Assembly: GCA_964645915.1 (NCBI GenBank) | Contig: CAZYDH010000004.1 | Location: forward strand, 7,224 to 71,223 | DNA: 64,000 nucleotides | Origin: an uncultured bacterium | GTDB taxonomy: Bacteria > Fidelibacterota > Marinisomatia > Marinisomatales > JACNKV01 | Direction of reading: 5' to 3' | Made by a program: the position numbers and the translations under genes | Part shown: piece by piece, positions 1 through 8,139 of the stretch | Layout: each line of letters opens with the position of its first letter | Numbering within the stretch: position 1 is the stretch's first letter | The notes under the pieces: generated by a model | Told to the model about the DNA's origin: nothing | Seen by the model: the letters and a program-made list of their open reading frames with translations, nothing else | Database searches by the model: none

Positions 1-116
1 CACGCCTTCGCAACCCTTTCCGGTGTACGTAATAATCCTTCTCGTTCGGTATTTTCTCCTATTTCCTTTAGTAAGGTTGATGTGGAGTTTTCAATTATTT
101 TATTATTTAGTGACAT
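1..116 (-). CDS. folE: GTP cyclohydrolase I (FolE), N-terminal part only; the gene runs off the left edge
   Basis: Hand translation of the minus strand from the ATG (complement of 114-116) gives MSLNNKIIENSTSTLLKEIGENTEREGLLRTPERVAKA. The EGLxxTPxRxAKA block is typical of the FolE N-terminus. It is absent from the ORF track because it is truncated. Confidence 0.6.
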   Translation of the reverse strand, partial: MSLNNKIIENSTSTLLKEIGENTEREGLLRTPERVAKA

Positions 117-119
117 AGG

Positions 120-797
120 TTATTCCCAATTTTGCTCGTCCGGATCCTCATGGACTTTCGGTTTTAATGCCCAAACACCTAAATAGAATAACGGTGTATC
201 AACTAAAGCAACCAGCATTTTAAACAAGAAACCATTTCCTAATAACCCGGGGAAGCGCTCCCACTCCACTACTCCTGTGACACAAAGCAGGAGGATGACG
301 GTGGCAGTATCAACAAATTGTGATACAATTGTAGACCCGTTATTTCTGAGCCATAAATGTTTTCCTTTTGTCAGTCGTTTCCAAAAATGGAAAATACGAA
401 TATCGATAAACTGTGCCAATAAATAAGCAACCATTGAAGCAAAAACTGCAGGTCCAAACAGCCCAAATACTTTATTGAACATTTCACTTGAAACCGGCGA
501 CCACACTGTTTGTGGCATAGCATTAGCAACCAAAACGACTATCATCACAAAAACACTGGCTACAAATCCGGAAATAACCACTTGATCTGCTTTCTTTTTA
601 CCATATAGTTCTGAGATTAGATCTGTCACTAAGAACGTAATAGGATAAGGCAATATTCCGACAGACAATTCAAATGTAAACAATCCAAAAGGGGTCCATG
701 TAAAGAATTTTTGAAAGATTAAATTTGCTGTAATAAGTGAAGCGATAAAAATACCGCTTAATATCAAATAAAGTCGATTTTGAAATTCGTTTTTCAT
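120..797 (-). CDS. yhhQ: Queuosine precursor transporter (YhhQ/DUF165, VUT family) membrane protein
   Basis: 225 aa polytopic membrane protein. The YPITFLVTDLISELYG and WLRNNGSTIVSQFVDT blocks are characteristic of YhhQ. It lies between folE and queD. Confidence 0.8.
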   Translation of the reverse strand: MKNEFQNRLYLILSGIFIASLITANLIFQKFFTWTPFGLFTFELSVGILPYPITFLVTDLISELYGKKKADQVVISGFVASVFVMIVVLVANAMPQTVWSPVSSEMFNKVFGLFGPAVFASMVAYLLAQFIDIRIFHFWKRLTKGKHLWLRNNGSTIVSQFVDTATVILLLCVTGVVEWERFPGLLGNGFLFKMLVALVDTPLFYLGVWALKPKVHEDPDEQNWE

Positions 798-1198
798 CCG
801 TAATAATCCGTATAAATGGTTGGGGTTTCAATTAACCGGAGTCGAACCAATTTCGCCTCCGTAAGATCTTTTGCTATTTCCTGCCACATAAATTTGACCA
901 TATTCTCTGAAGAAGGTTGTTTGCCTTTAAACCAGGGAATATCTTTTTCTATCTGTGCATGATCAAACACATCCAATACATTTGCTTTTACAATCGAATT
1001 TAGTTTTCCTAAATCGACGATCCAGCCGGTATCAGGATTCATCTCACCTGTCACGGTCACGTGGAGTTCGTAATTATGTCCGTGGTTTTTTGCATCGACA
1101 CCAAAAACATCATGGTTTTCCTCTTTATTCCACGCTTCGTTATAGTATCGGTGGGCAGCACAATAGTGATATATTTTTGTGATTTGAGTTTTTGGCAT
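794..1198 (-). CDS. queD: 6-carboxy-5,6,7,8-tetrahydropterin synthase (QueD, PTPS family)
   Basis: 134 aa with the CAAHRY...HGHNYxLxV zinc/catalytic motifs. It overlaps yhhQ by 4 nt. Confidence 0.85.
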   Translation of the reverse strand: MPKTQITKIYHYCAAHRYYNEAWNKEENHDVFGVDAKNHGHNYELHVTVTGEMNPDTGWIVDLGKLNSIVKANVLDVFDHAQIEKDIPWFKGKQPSSENMVKFMWQEIAKDLTEAKLVRLRLIETPTIYTDYYG

Positions 1199-1292
1199 GA
1201 GTTTTTCTCTGTTAATCTACAAAAGATAACCGGGAAATTTACCCTCTATTCATTATTGTGTAAAAACAGAAAATACCTACTGGAGTTACCTG

Positions 1293-1946
1293 TCATTCAA
1301 CGTGCATACATCCGGATGGACAAAGATCAAACAAACAACAATGATGACAATCCGGTCGTCGTGCAATACAAATTTTTCTACCGTGGTCAATAATCAGATG
1401 TGTTATTGAAACCCAATCTTTTTCGGGAAATAATTCCATCATTTCAAATTCAATCTTTTTTGGATCTTTTGATTGAGTAAAACCTAACAGATTCATAATC
1501 CTAACCATGTGCGTATCGATCACCATCGCTGGAATACCGAACCATTGGCCCAATATACAATTTGCAGTTTTTCGACCGACTCCGGGCAATGAAGTCAATT
1601 CTGCCAAAGTATTAGGAACTTCTCCTTGATATTCATGTACAATTTTATCGCTACTGGCTATAATACTTTTGGCTTTTTGATTATGATATCCGCATGAGTG
1701 AATATCATTTGCTAATTCTTCAGGGTTTGCATTTGCAAAATCAATAGGTGATGAATATTTTCTAAACAAAGAGGGTGTAACCATATTGACACGTTTGTCG
1801 GTGCATTGAGCAGACAAAATGGTCGCCACCAATAATTCATGAGCTGATGAATAGGATAAAGATCCTTGTGGAGATGAATAATTCTTATATAGTCGAGATA
1901 GAACTTCTTTTGCACGAAGTTTCTTTTTAATCAATGACTCCGGCAT
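1293..1946 (-). CDS. nth: Endonuclease III (DNA glycosylase/AP lyase)
   Basis: HhH motif LPGVGRKTANCILG and a C-terminal 4Fe-4S Cys cluster (CIARRPDCHHCCLFDLC). I moved the start to M24 of the track ORF (MPESLIKKK...), because the longer ORF would overlap the upstream gene by 67 nt. Confidence 0.9.
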   Translation of the reverse strand: MPESLIKKKLRAKEVLSRLYKNYSSPQGSLSYSSAHELLVATILSAQCTDKRVNMVTPSLFRKYSSPIDFANANPEELANDIHSCGYHNQKAKSIIASSDKIVHEYQGEVPNTLAELTSLPGVGRKTANCILGQWFGIPAMVIDTHMVRIMNLLGFTQSKDPKKIEFEMMELFPEKDWVSITHLIIDHGRKICIARRPDCHHCCLFDLCPSGCMHVE

Positions 1947-1948
1947 AA

Positions 1949-2296
1949 TTATATATCTTTTAGTAATGAAGGTAAATTTTTTACAAGAGAAGATCTTGGG
2001 AGAATAAAGCCACATCCTGCTGATCGAAGTTTATCATGCAACAGTTTCTGTACTCGAGTCATTACACCAATAATAATCATTTCTTTATTCAAACTCCATA
2101 ATGTTGATATATGTGAAACCGTTCCATATCCCGGATCATCTAAATCCACAATCACAGCTTTTGTTCTTGAGGTAACCTGTTTATTCCAATCGGTTTTATT
2201 ATCTGCAAAAATCACACTTTTATCCAACTGGATAATGGATTCTGACAATTTAGTTCCCAATTTAAAATCTGAAGTAAAGATGATAATATCAGCCAC
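1949..2296 (-). CDS. Hypothetical small protein, possibly a degenerate CheY-like receiver fold
   Basis: 115 aa with an alternating beta/alpha-like pattern (DIIIFTSD, KAVIVDLDD, MIIIGVMT, GFILPRS). The conserved Lys of true receivers is not evident. It ends 2 nt before nth. Confidence 0.35.
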   Translation of the reverse strand: MADIIIFTSDFKLGTKLSESIIQLDKSVIFADNKTDWNKQVTSRTKAVIVDLDDPGYGTVSHISTLWSLNKEMIIIGVMTRVQKLLHDKLRSAGCGFILPRSSLVKNLPSLLKDI

Positions 2297-2316
2297 GTAT
2301 TTCCTCTATTTTTTGA

Positions 2317-3180
2317 TTAATCGATTTCAACTATCTTGTTTCTTTTATAATGTTTTCCGTCATAACATACTGTACAGGCAACGGTTTTTGGATCATGTTC
2401 AAAAAATAAAATCCAATTATTTTCGGTTGCGAGTTTTAACAAATCCTTTTTTTCCTGAATGGTTGTCATTGGCATAATATCATACGCCATAATCCACGGA
2501 ATGGGAATATGTGAAGCGGTTGGAATAAGATCTGCGGTAAACACCAAGGTTTTTTCATCATCATAAATTACAGGTATTAACTGTCCGGTTGTATGCCCGT
2601 TACTTATCATCACATCTACTCCGGGAAACAAAGAATTCCTTTTGGGAAAATTTGGTATATCTTTCACAAGTTGAATCATCTGATTTTCTTCAAGGACCTT
2701 CCAATCTGCTTCCATAAAACTACCTTGATCTTTTTCTCCGGGTGAGTTTGCCAATGTCCAGTTATCTTGATGAATCCAGTATCGTGCGTTAGGAAACACA
2801 GGTTTAATTTCCCCGTTTTGAATTTCGGTGTTACCTCCGATGTGATCAAAATGCAAGTGAGAGCAAATCACATCTGTGATATCTTCCGGAGTAAATCCTA
2901 ATTCACTCAAAGTATTTTGAAGATTTACAGATTCTGTATCTATTTTGTAGATATCCTTAAACTTGTCTTTCCATTTTGTGCCATTTCCGGTATCGATCAA
3001 TATTCTTCTATCTTTGCTTACAAGAAACAATGATCGTGTCACCATTTGGATCCGATTATTTTCATCTGTGGGGGATTCTTTTTCCCAAAGAGGTTTTGGA
3101 ATGATTCCAAACATGGCACCACCATCTAATCCGAATTTACTTGTTTCGATTCTGTATATAGTATATTCGCCAATTTTCAT
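2317..3180 (-). CDS. MBL-fold metallo-hydrolase
   Basis: 287 aa with the HxHxDH motif (SHLHFDHIGG) and downstream His/Asp ligands. Confidence 0.8.
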   Translation of the reverse strand: MKIGEYTIYRIETSKFGLDGGAMFGIIPKPLWEKESPTDENNRIQMVTRSLFLVSKDRRILIDTGNGTKWKDKFKDIYKIDTESVNLQNTLSELGFTPEDITDVICSHLHFDHIGGNTEIQNGEIKPVFPNARYWIHQDNWTLANSPGEKDQGSFMEADWKVLEENQMIQLVKDIPNFPKRNSLFPGVDVMISNGHTTGQLIPVIYDDEKTLVFTADLIPTASHIPIPWIMAYDIMPMTTIQEKKDLLKLATENNWILFFEHDPKTVACTVCYDGKHYKRNKIVEID

Positions 3181-3240
3181 TATAATCTCTTTACTATTTT
3201 TCAGATATTACCCGATATAAATATGTACTATATGAAATAT

Positions 3241-3717
3241 TTATCCGCCGTATTTCCAATTTGTATCGCTCATTAACAATGCTTCTTTTTCTTCTCGAAG
3301 AATCGTTTCCATAACTTCACAAATGAAGATGTTGTGATCACCGATGGAAGATTCCTCTCTCACTTCCGCTTCTAAGATCATTTGGATGTCTTCTAACAGA
3401 GGATTTCCAAGATCACTTACAATATATTTAAATGAGTTTATCTGTTCTGAGTCTTTCACTTTGATCTTAAAAAAAGAAGCCACCAGTTGTTGCTGATCCT
3501 TGGCAGGGAAATGAATTGCACATTTCTTAGAATTCTTAACCGCATTGTATATATCTGAACCTTCTCGTAAAGCCATCGAAATCAACGGAGGATTGATGGA
3601 TGATTGGATGAGAAAGGAAACAACCGCAGCAGAAGGACTCTCATTTTGCATGGCAGAAACGATATAAAGACCCGATGGTATTTTTCGTAAAATTAGTGTT
3701 TTTTGATTCAAATCCAT
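3241..3717 (-). CDS. Flavin reductase-like (FMN-binding split-barrel) domain protein
   Basis: 158 aa. The pattern AAVVSFLIQSSINPPLISMAL...IHFPAKDQQQLVASFF matches the flavin reductase domain core. Confidence 0.6.
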   Translation of the reverse strand: MDLNQKTLILRKIPSGLYIVSAMQNESPSAAVVSFLIQSSINPPLISMALREGSDIYNAVKNSKKCAIHFPAKDQQQLVASFFKIKVKDSEQINSFKYIVSDLGNPLLEDIQMILEAEVREESSIGDHNIFICEVMETILREEKEALLMSDTNWKYGG

Positions 3718-3733
3718 GATTTACCGTACAATT

Positions 3734-4447
3734 TTATTTTGAGTTTAACGTAACAAATACCTGAAATGATATTCCGGTAAGTCGTGAATATTCCGAAGGC
3801 AGTCCATAAAAATCTTTGATGGAATGCGGTGTGTCGCCATATCGTGATATATTTTCAGGACTGTCATATTTCCAAGTTGGATCAAAAATAGATGTGATCG
3901 GCATGGAATTAAAATCATGGAAATATCCGATTTCGTATCCAATCTTTTTTCCCGGTTTTCCTCCCAAAAGAAATCCAAGTCTTGAGCTTTTTCCATCGCT
4001 GATACCGTTTGAGATATACATCCATCGAAGCCCCCACCACGATAGCACTATTTTTCTTCCTGCTTTTCGTTCACGGAATTTATAATAAGTAAAATCCATG
4101 TTATAATTCGGATTAACACTTAAAGCAACATTGATCACATCCCATCGATCTTCTCGATTGAATACAACTCTGCTGTAATCGATTCCGGATCCATAGATTG
4201 GGACACCGAGTCTAAGACCAACATTACTCCAATTATTTATACCATAACGATACCAGATATATGGAAATGGAAAATTCTCGACTGCAAGCGCATACCCATA
4301 TTGCTTTTCTCCTTCTTCCATCCTGCCGTTTCCCACTGCAGGATGTGATGCGCATCCGGAGATTAGCAGCATGACAACCGGCAAAAGAAAAAGAAAGAAA
4401 GATGTTCTTTTCTCTAATGCTCGTTTAATTGTTTCCATTTTTTGCAT
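3734..4447 (-). CDS. Hypothetical lipoprotein (possible outer-membrane protein)
   Basis: Signal peptide with lipobox (LLISGC). The rest is rich in Gly/Tyr/Trp, which is beta-strand-like. Confidence 0.5.
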   Translation of the reverse strand: MQKMETIKRALEKRTSFFLFLLPVVMLLISGCASHPAVGNGRMEEGEKQYGYALAVENFPFPYIWYRYGINNWSNVGLRLGVPIYGSGIDYSRVVFNREDRWDVINVALSVNPNYNMDFTYYKFRERKAGRKIVLSWWGLRWMYISNGISDGKSSRLGFLLGGKPGKKIGYEIGYFHDFNSMPITSIFDPTWKYDSPENISRYGDTPHSIKDFYGLPSEYSRLTGISFQVFVTLNSK

Positions 4448-4455
4448 TTGCGTAC

Positions 4456-6243
4456 TTATTTCAAATAGATCATTTTTCTGCTAAACACAACCGGTGGATA
4501 ATCTTTTGTTTGTGCGCTGATCGTAATAAAATAAACTCCACTGGATAGCTGTAATCCTTCCCAATTAAAATTATAAGATCCTTTTGACAAGAGTTCATCT
4601 TCTACCAAAATCTCAATAATCCTTCCGGTTGCATCGGAAATATGCAGATTCACAACTGCAGATTCTATCATATCAAAGAAAATTGTTGTAGAATGATTAA
4701 ATGGGTTCGGATAATTTTGGTATAATGCAAAAATCGCCGGAATGAAAGGTGCCTGCGAATCCTCTTTCAATAAATTGGACTCTCCTAACGTAGTGTTTTG
4801 ACTTTTTGTCCACTTACCCCCATCCGGATTTCGCTCCTCCGAACTACCTTCAATTTTGTCCAACATTTTGCTTTCCAGAATTCTCCAGTCGTCATTCTCT
4901 AATTGCTCTTTTAGATGGATCCATGTTATCTGTTCTTTAATAACATCGAATGTAAAAGTGGAGTCATAAAATACTTCATTTATTAAATAACTTGGTTGGA
5001 TCTCCCAGATTAATTCTTCTTCATTAAAAACACCATACGTTCTCTGAAGATCCTCATATCCGGCAATTTCAATCGACCATGTATTTTCCGTTGGTGTAAC
5101 ATACCATTCGTTAATCCAGGCAGTCTCTTTCAAGGTACATAATTGATCTTCAGAATCACAAATAAACTCTCCATCAAACGTTATGGAATAGGTCTTGTCC
5201 GAATTTGTCGGGATGGTTTGAATGACCCGATCCGAGGAGATTAAGTTAGCATACTCCCAATAATCCGGGATTGTTAGCAATATTGTATCACCTTTCTCTA
5301 AAGATTTCTCTATTGGAATACTCAAATGCTCATTTTCCCAAGACAAGAAAAAATTATTAATCTCGAGATGTTCAGTCTTAATCAACAGTATTTTTACTTG
5401 ATGCTTATCATTTGGATGATAACCTGACATCCACATGGGTGGTAAGGATTGATAGTATTCTGTCTCTAATTGAAATTTATCTGATAATTCTCTAAATCTC
5501 TCAGTGAATTTATTGAGGATTTTACCTTGAATTGCTTTCCACTCAGTTGGAGTTATCATCATCCGATTCCTAATTGCAGATTGTACTTCAAAACAGGATT
5601 GAGAGAATTTCTCAGCAATATCTTGGTGAAATACTGTGTTTGTCACAGGTGTAAGTAAAGAAATATCGGTTTTGAGAAAAACTTTTATCCAAGGATGATC
5701 CCAACGTATTTCTTCATGTAAAAGTTGTGATAAGTCTTCGATAGCAGATATTGATAGATCAGGGAGTTCGTCTTTTAGAATATTTTGAAGTGTTAAATCG
5801 GTAAACTTTTCGATGGATAACGTCTGAATGTATTCAGCGTACGGTTCCAATTTTTCTTCAGAAACTGTTTGTTGTATCGATCTTCCAAAGGGTGGAGTGT
5901 CATCCTGAGATTCAATTAAATTTCCATTCTCCAATAAGATTTGCATTTTATAAAAATATCGTTGATCCTGTTTTATCTGATCATCACAATATCGTGTAGA
6001 CGTCGGTGTGACGGTATCAAGTTTTAGGAATGGTGACTGAAATTCGGTTTTTCGTAAAATGATTATTTCGACCGGATCAGTGTTTTCCGGTAAATCCCAT
6101 ACCAATAAAATGGAATGTGTTCCTTCGTATAATTCAAGTGCAATTCTGTCAGAATTTTGAGCAGATAGCTGCAAGATCAGGAACAAAATTGGGATGAAAG
6201 TGAATATTCTTTTGAATTGCCTCATGAAATGAAATCCTTGCAA
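4456..6243 (-). CDS. Secreted protein of unknown function with a T9SS C-terminal sorting domain
   Basis: 595 aa with an N-terminal signal peptide. The C-terminal ~80 aa (YQNYPNPFNHSTTIFF...GVYFITI...KMIYLK) fits the T9SS type A sorting domain pattern. Confidence 0.6.
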   Translation of the reverse strand: MQGFHFMRQFKRIFTFIPILFLILQLSAQNSDRIALELYEGTHSILLVWDLPENTDPVEIIILRKTEFQSPFLKLDTVTPTSTRYCDDQIKQDQRYFYKMQILLENGNLIESQDDTPPFGRSIQQTVSEEKLEPYAEYIQTLSIEKFTDLTLQNILKDELPDLSISAIEDLSQLLHEEIRWDHPWIKVFLKTDISLLTPVTNTVFHQDIAEKFSQSCFEVQSAIRNRMMITPTEWKAIQGKILNKFTERFRELSDKFQLETEYYQSLPPMWMSGYHPNDKHQVKILLIKTEHLEINNFFLSWENEHLSIPIEKSLEKGDTILLTIPDYWEYANLISSDRVIQTIPTNSDKTYSITFDGEFICDSEDQLCTLKETAWINEWYVTPTENTWSIEIAGYEDLQRTYGVFNEEELIWEIQPSYLINEVFYDSTFTFDVIKEQITWIHLKEQLENDDWRILESKMLDKIEGSSEERNPDGGKWTKSQNTTLGESNLLKEDSQAPFIPAIFALYQNYPNPFNHSTTIFFDMIESAVVNLHISDATGRIIEILVEDELLSKGSYNFNWEGLQLSSGVYFITISAQTKDYPPVVFSRKMIYLK

Positions 6244-6302
6244 TTCGCAATTTCACAGTATTTTAAAGAGAAGGCAAGTTATTATTTAATTAAATGATGT
6301 AT

Positions 6303-7997
6303 TTATTTGATTAAACAAATTTTACGAATGATCGTCTGATCACCTATATTTGCCCTAACAAAAAACATTCCACTCGCAATACTACCGGCATTCCATTCGT
6401 ACACATAATGGTCAGCTTCAATATAATTATTTATTAACGTCTGTACTACTTCTCCACGGAGATTAACAATATCAACTGTTAAATATCCCTTGATTTGAAC
6501 ATCAACAGTAAATTTTGTTTTTGCATTGAAAGGGTTGGGGTATGGATTTGATATGGAAAAGTTTGATGGGATGATAGTTTCATCATCTATGTGTGCAAAT
6601 CCATTATAATTTATCGCAGCCATTACATCAATCACTCCCCATCCATATTGATTATCAGGATTTTCTATGTTATCGGCAGTCATCATTAACGCTTCTCTCA
6701 CCATCGATGGTGTCCAGCCTGGATGAGCACTTAATATAATCGCGCAAGCTCCACCGATCAAGGGGGTCGAAAGGGATGTTCCGTTCGCTTCGTAATAATG
6801 TTCCGGGTTGTATGATCCCGCACAAAAGGTTGCAACTCCACGAGCGCAGATTTCAGGTTTTGTGCGTCCATCTGCCGTCGGGCCCCAAGAACTAAAAGAT
6901 GCAATGTGTCCCATAGAATCTACAGCACCACAGGTGATAACATTAAAGGCATCAGCTGGAGCGATCAATCCCTCCTCCCCTGAATTTCCAGCAGCTGTTG
7001 CAACGATCATTCCATTTGCAATTGCTTGGTTAACCGCAATGGTTGTCACAGCTGTCAATCCGTCTAAATCTGAACTTTCATACCAATCGATATATCCCAA
7101 TGAAGAAGAGGCAATATCTGCTCCATTTTCTTCTCCCCATTCTAATCCAGCGACATAGTAATCTTCCTCAATTGGTTGTTCATCCGTAATATCTTCAGTT
7201 TTAGCAAGTAAGAATTCTGCGTCATAAGCCGCGCCAACCAATACACTGTCTTTTCTACCACCTAATACCGAAAGCGTCACTGTCCCATGATTGTGCTGAC
7301 TGCTATGGTCTCCCAGTTCATTTTGGGTTTCACTGTCATTATTGATAAAATCCCATTCCCCTATAATTTTATCATTTTGGATGGCTTCATGATCTTTATA
7401 ATATCCGGTATCTAACATCAGCACTCTAACGCCTTGTCCAGCGAACCCTGCATTATGGGCTTCGATGACATTAATCTGGTTTAATTGGGAATATGATAAT
7501 CCATAAACCGTGGTTGTATTTGTTGTTTTTTGGACTCGGTGATTTAAAACATCTTCTTTACGTTTTCCTGCGAAAACGGGATGGATCTTTTTCACACAAT
7601 TCAACTCGTTTATCAAATAAATAGTTTCTTTTGTGGCACTTATTGAAACAGCATTTAACCATTTTGATTTGGTGCGAATTGTTCCACCAAGATCAACGAT
7701 TTGTTGGATGTATATCTGATTTACAGGGATGTCTTTTTCATCAACAATAAATGCACCTCTTGTTTTTCCTCGCCGATATTTTACTCGATTATCCATCTGC
7801 AATTCCAATTTGGATAACAACGTATCTGACTCTATTTCGGTAAGCCCCTTATCTTTAAAGAGAACCCAGACATGAATCTTATTTTCAGATCTTTTTCCAA
7901 TTTTAAATGTATTTTCATCAATTTCTGCACCCAAAATCCATGTTATTGATAACAGAAAAATGAAAACCATTTGATATATTTTTTGTGATTTAATCAT
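6303..7997 (-). CDS. S8 family (subtilisin-like) serine peptidase with a T9SS C-terminal sorting domain
   Basis: Catalytic triad blocks DTGY / HGT / GTSLSTP, a signal peptide, and a C-terminal NPYPNPFN...GMFFVRA...LIK sorting domain. Confidence 0.85.
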   Translation of the reverse strand: MIKSQKIYQMVFIFLLSITWILGAEIDENTFKIGKRSENKIHVWVLFKDKGLTEIESDTLLSKLELQMDNRVKYRRGKTRGAFIVDEKDIPVNQIYIQQIVDLGGTIRTKSKWLNAVSISATKETIYLINELNCVKKIHPVFAGKRKEDVLNHRVQKTTNTTTVYGLSYSQLNQINVIEAHNAGFAGQGVRVLMLDTGYYKDHEAIQNDKIIGEWDFINNDSETQNELGDHSSQHNHGTVTLSVLGGRKDSVLVGAAYDAEFLLAKTEDITDEQPIEEDYYVAGLEWGEENGADIASSSLGYIDWYESSDLDGLTAVTTIAVNQAIANGMIVATAAGNSGEEGLIAPADAFNVITCGAVDSMGHIASFSSWGPTADGRTKPEICARGVATFCAGSYNPEHYYEANGTSLSTPLIGGACAIILSAHPGWTPSMVREALMMTADNIENPDNQYGWGVIDVMAAINYNGFAHIDDETIIPSNFSISNPYPNPFNAKTKFTVDVQIKGYLTVDIVNLRGEVVQTLINNYIEADHYVYEWNAGSIASGMFFVRANIGDQTIIRKICLIK

Positions 7998-8139
7998 AAA
8001 ATAAAATAAGGATGATTTTCCTATTCTACAAACATTGAAGGACTTTCATATTTTCGATATTTTAAAAATATGAACTAAGGCAATACCCTTAAATCCACGA
8101 TGATGGTGAGTCCAATAGTATACGTATTATGTTTTTTAT

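Noticed and set aside
1199-1292. Possible preQ1 riboswitch in the 94-nt gap upstream of queD (minus strand)
   Set aside because: I reverse-complemented the region by hand. It reads ...AATAGAGGGTAAATTTCCCGGTTATCTTTTGTAGATTAACAGAGAAAAACTCATG. It lacks the P1 stem, the conserved loop and the A-rich tail with ACUA that define preQ1-I, and nothing resembles class II or III. Only a covariance-model scan could overturn this.
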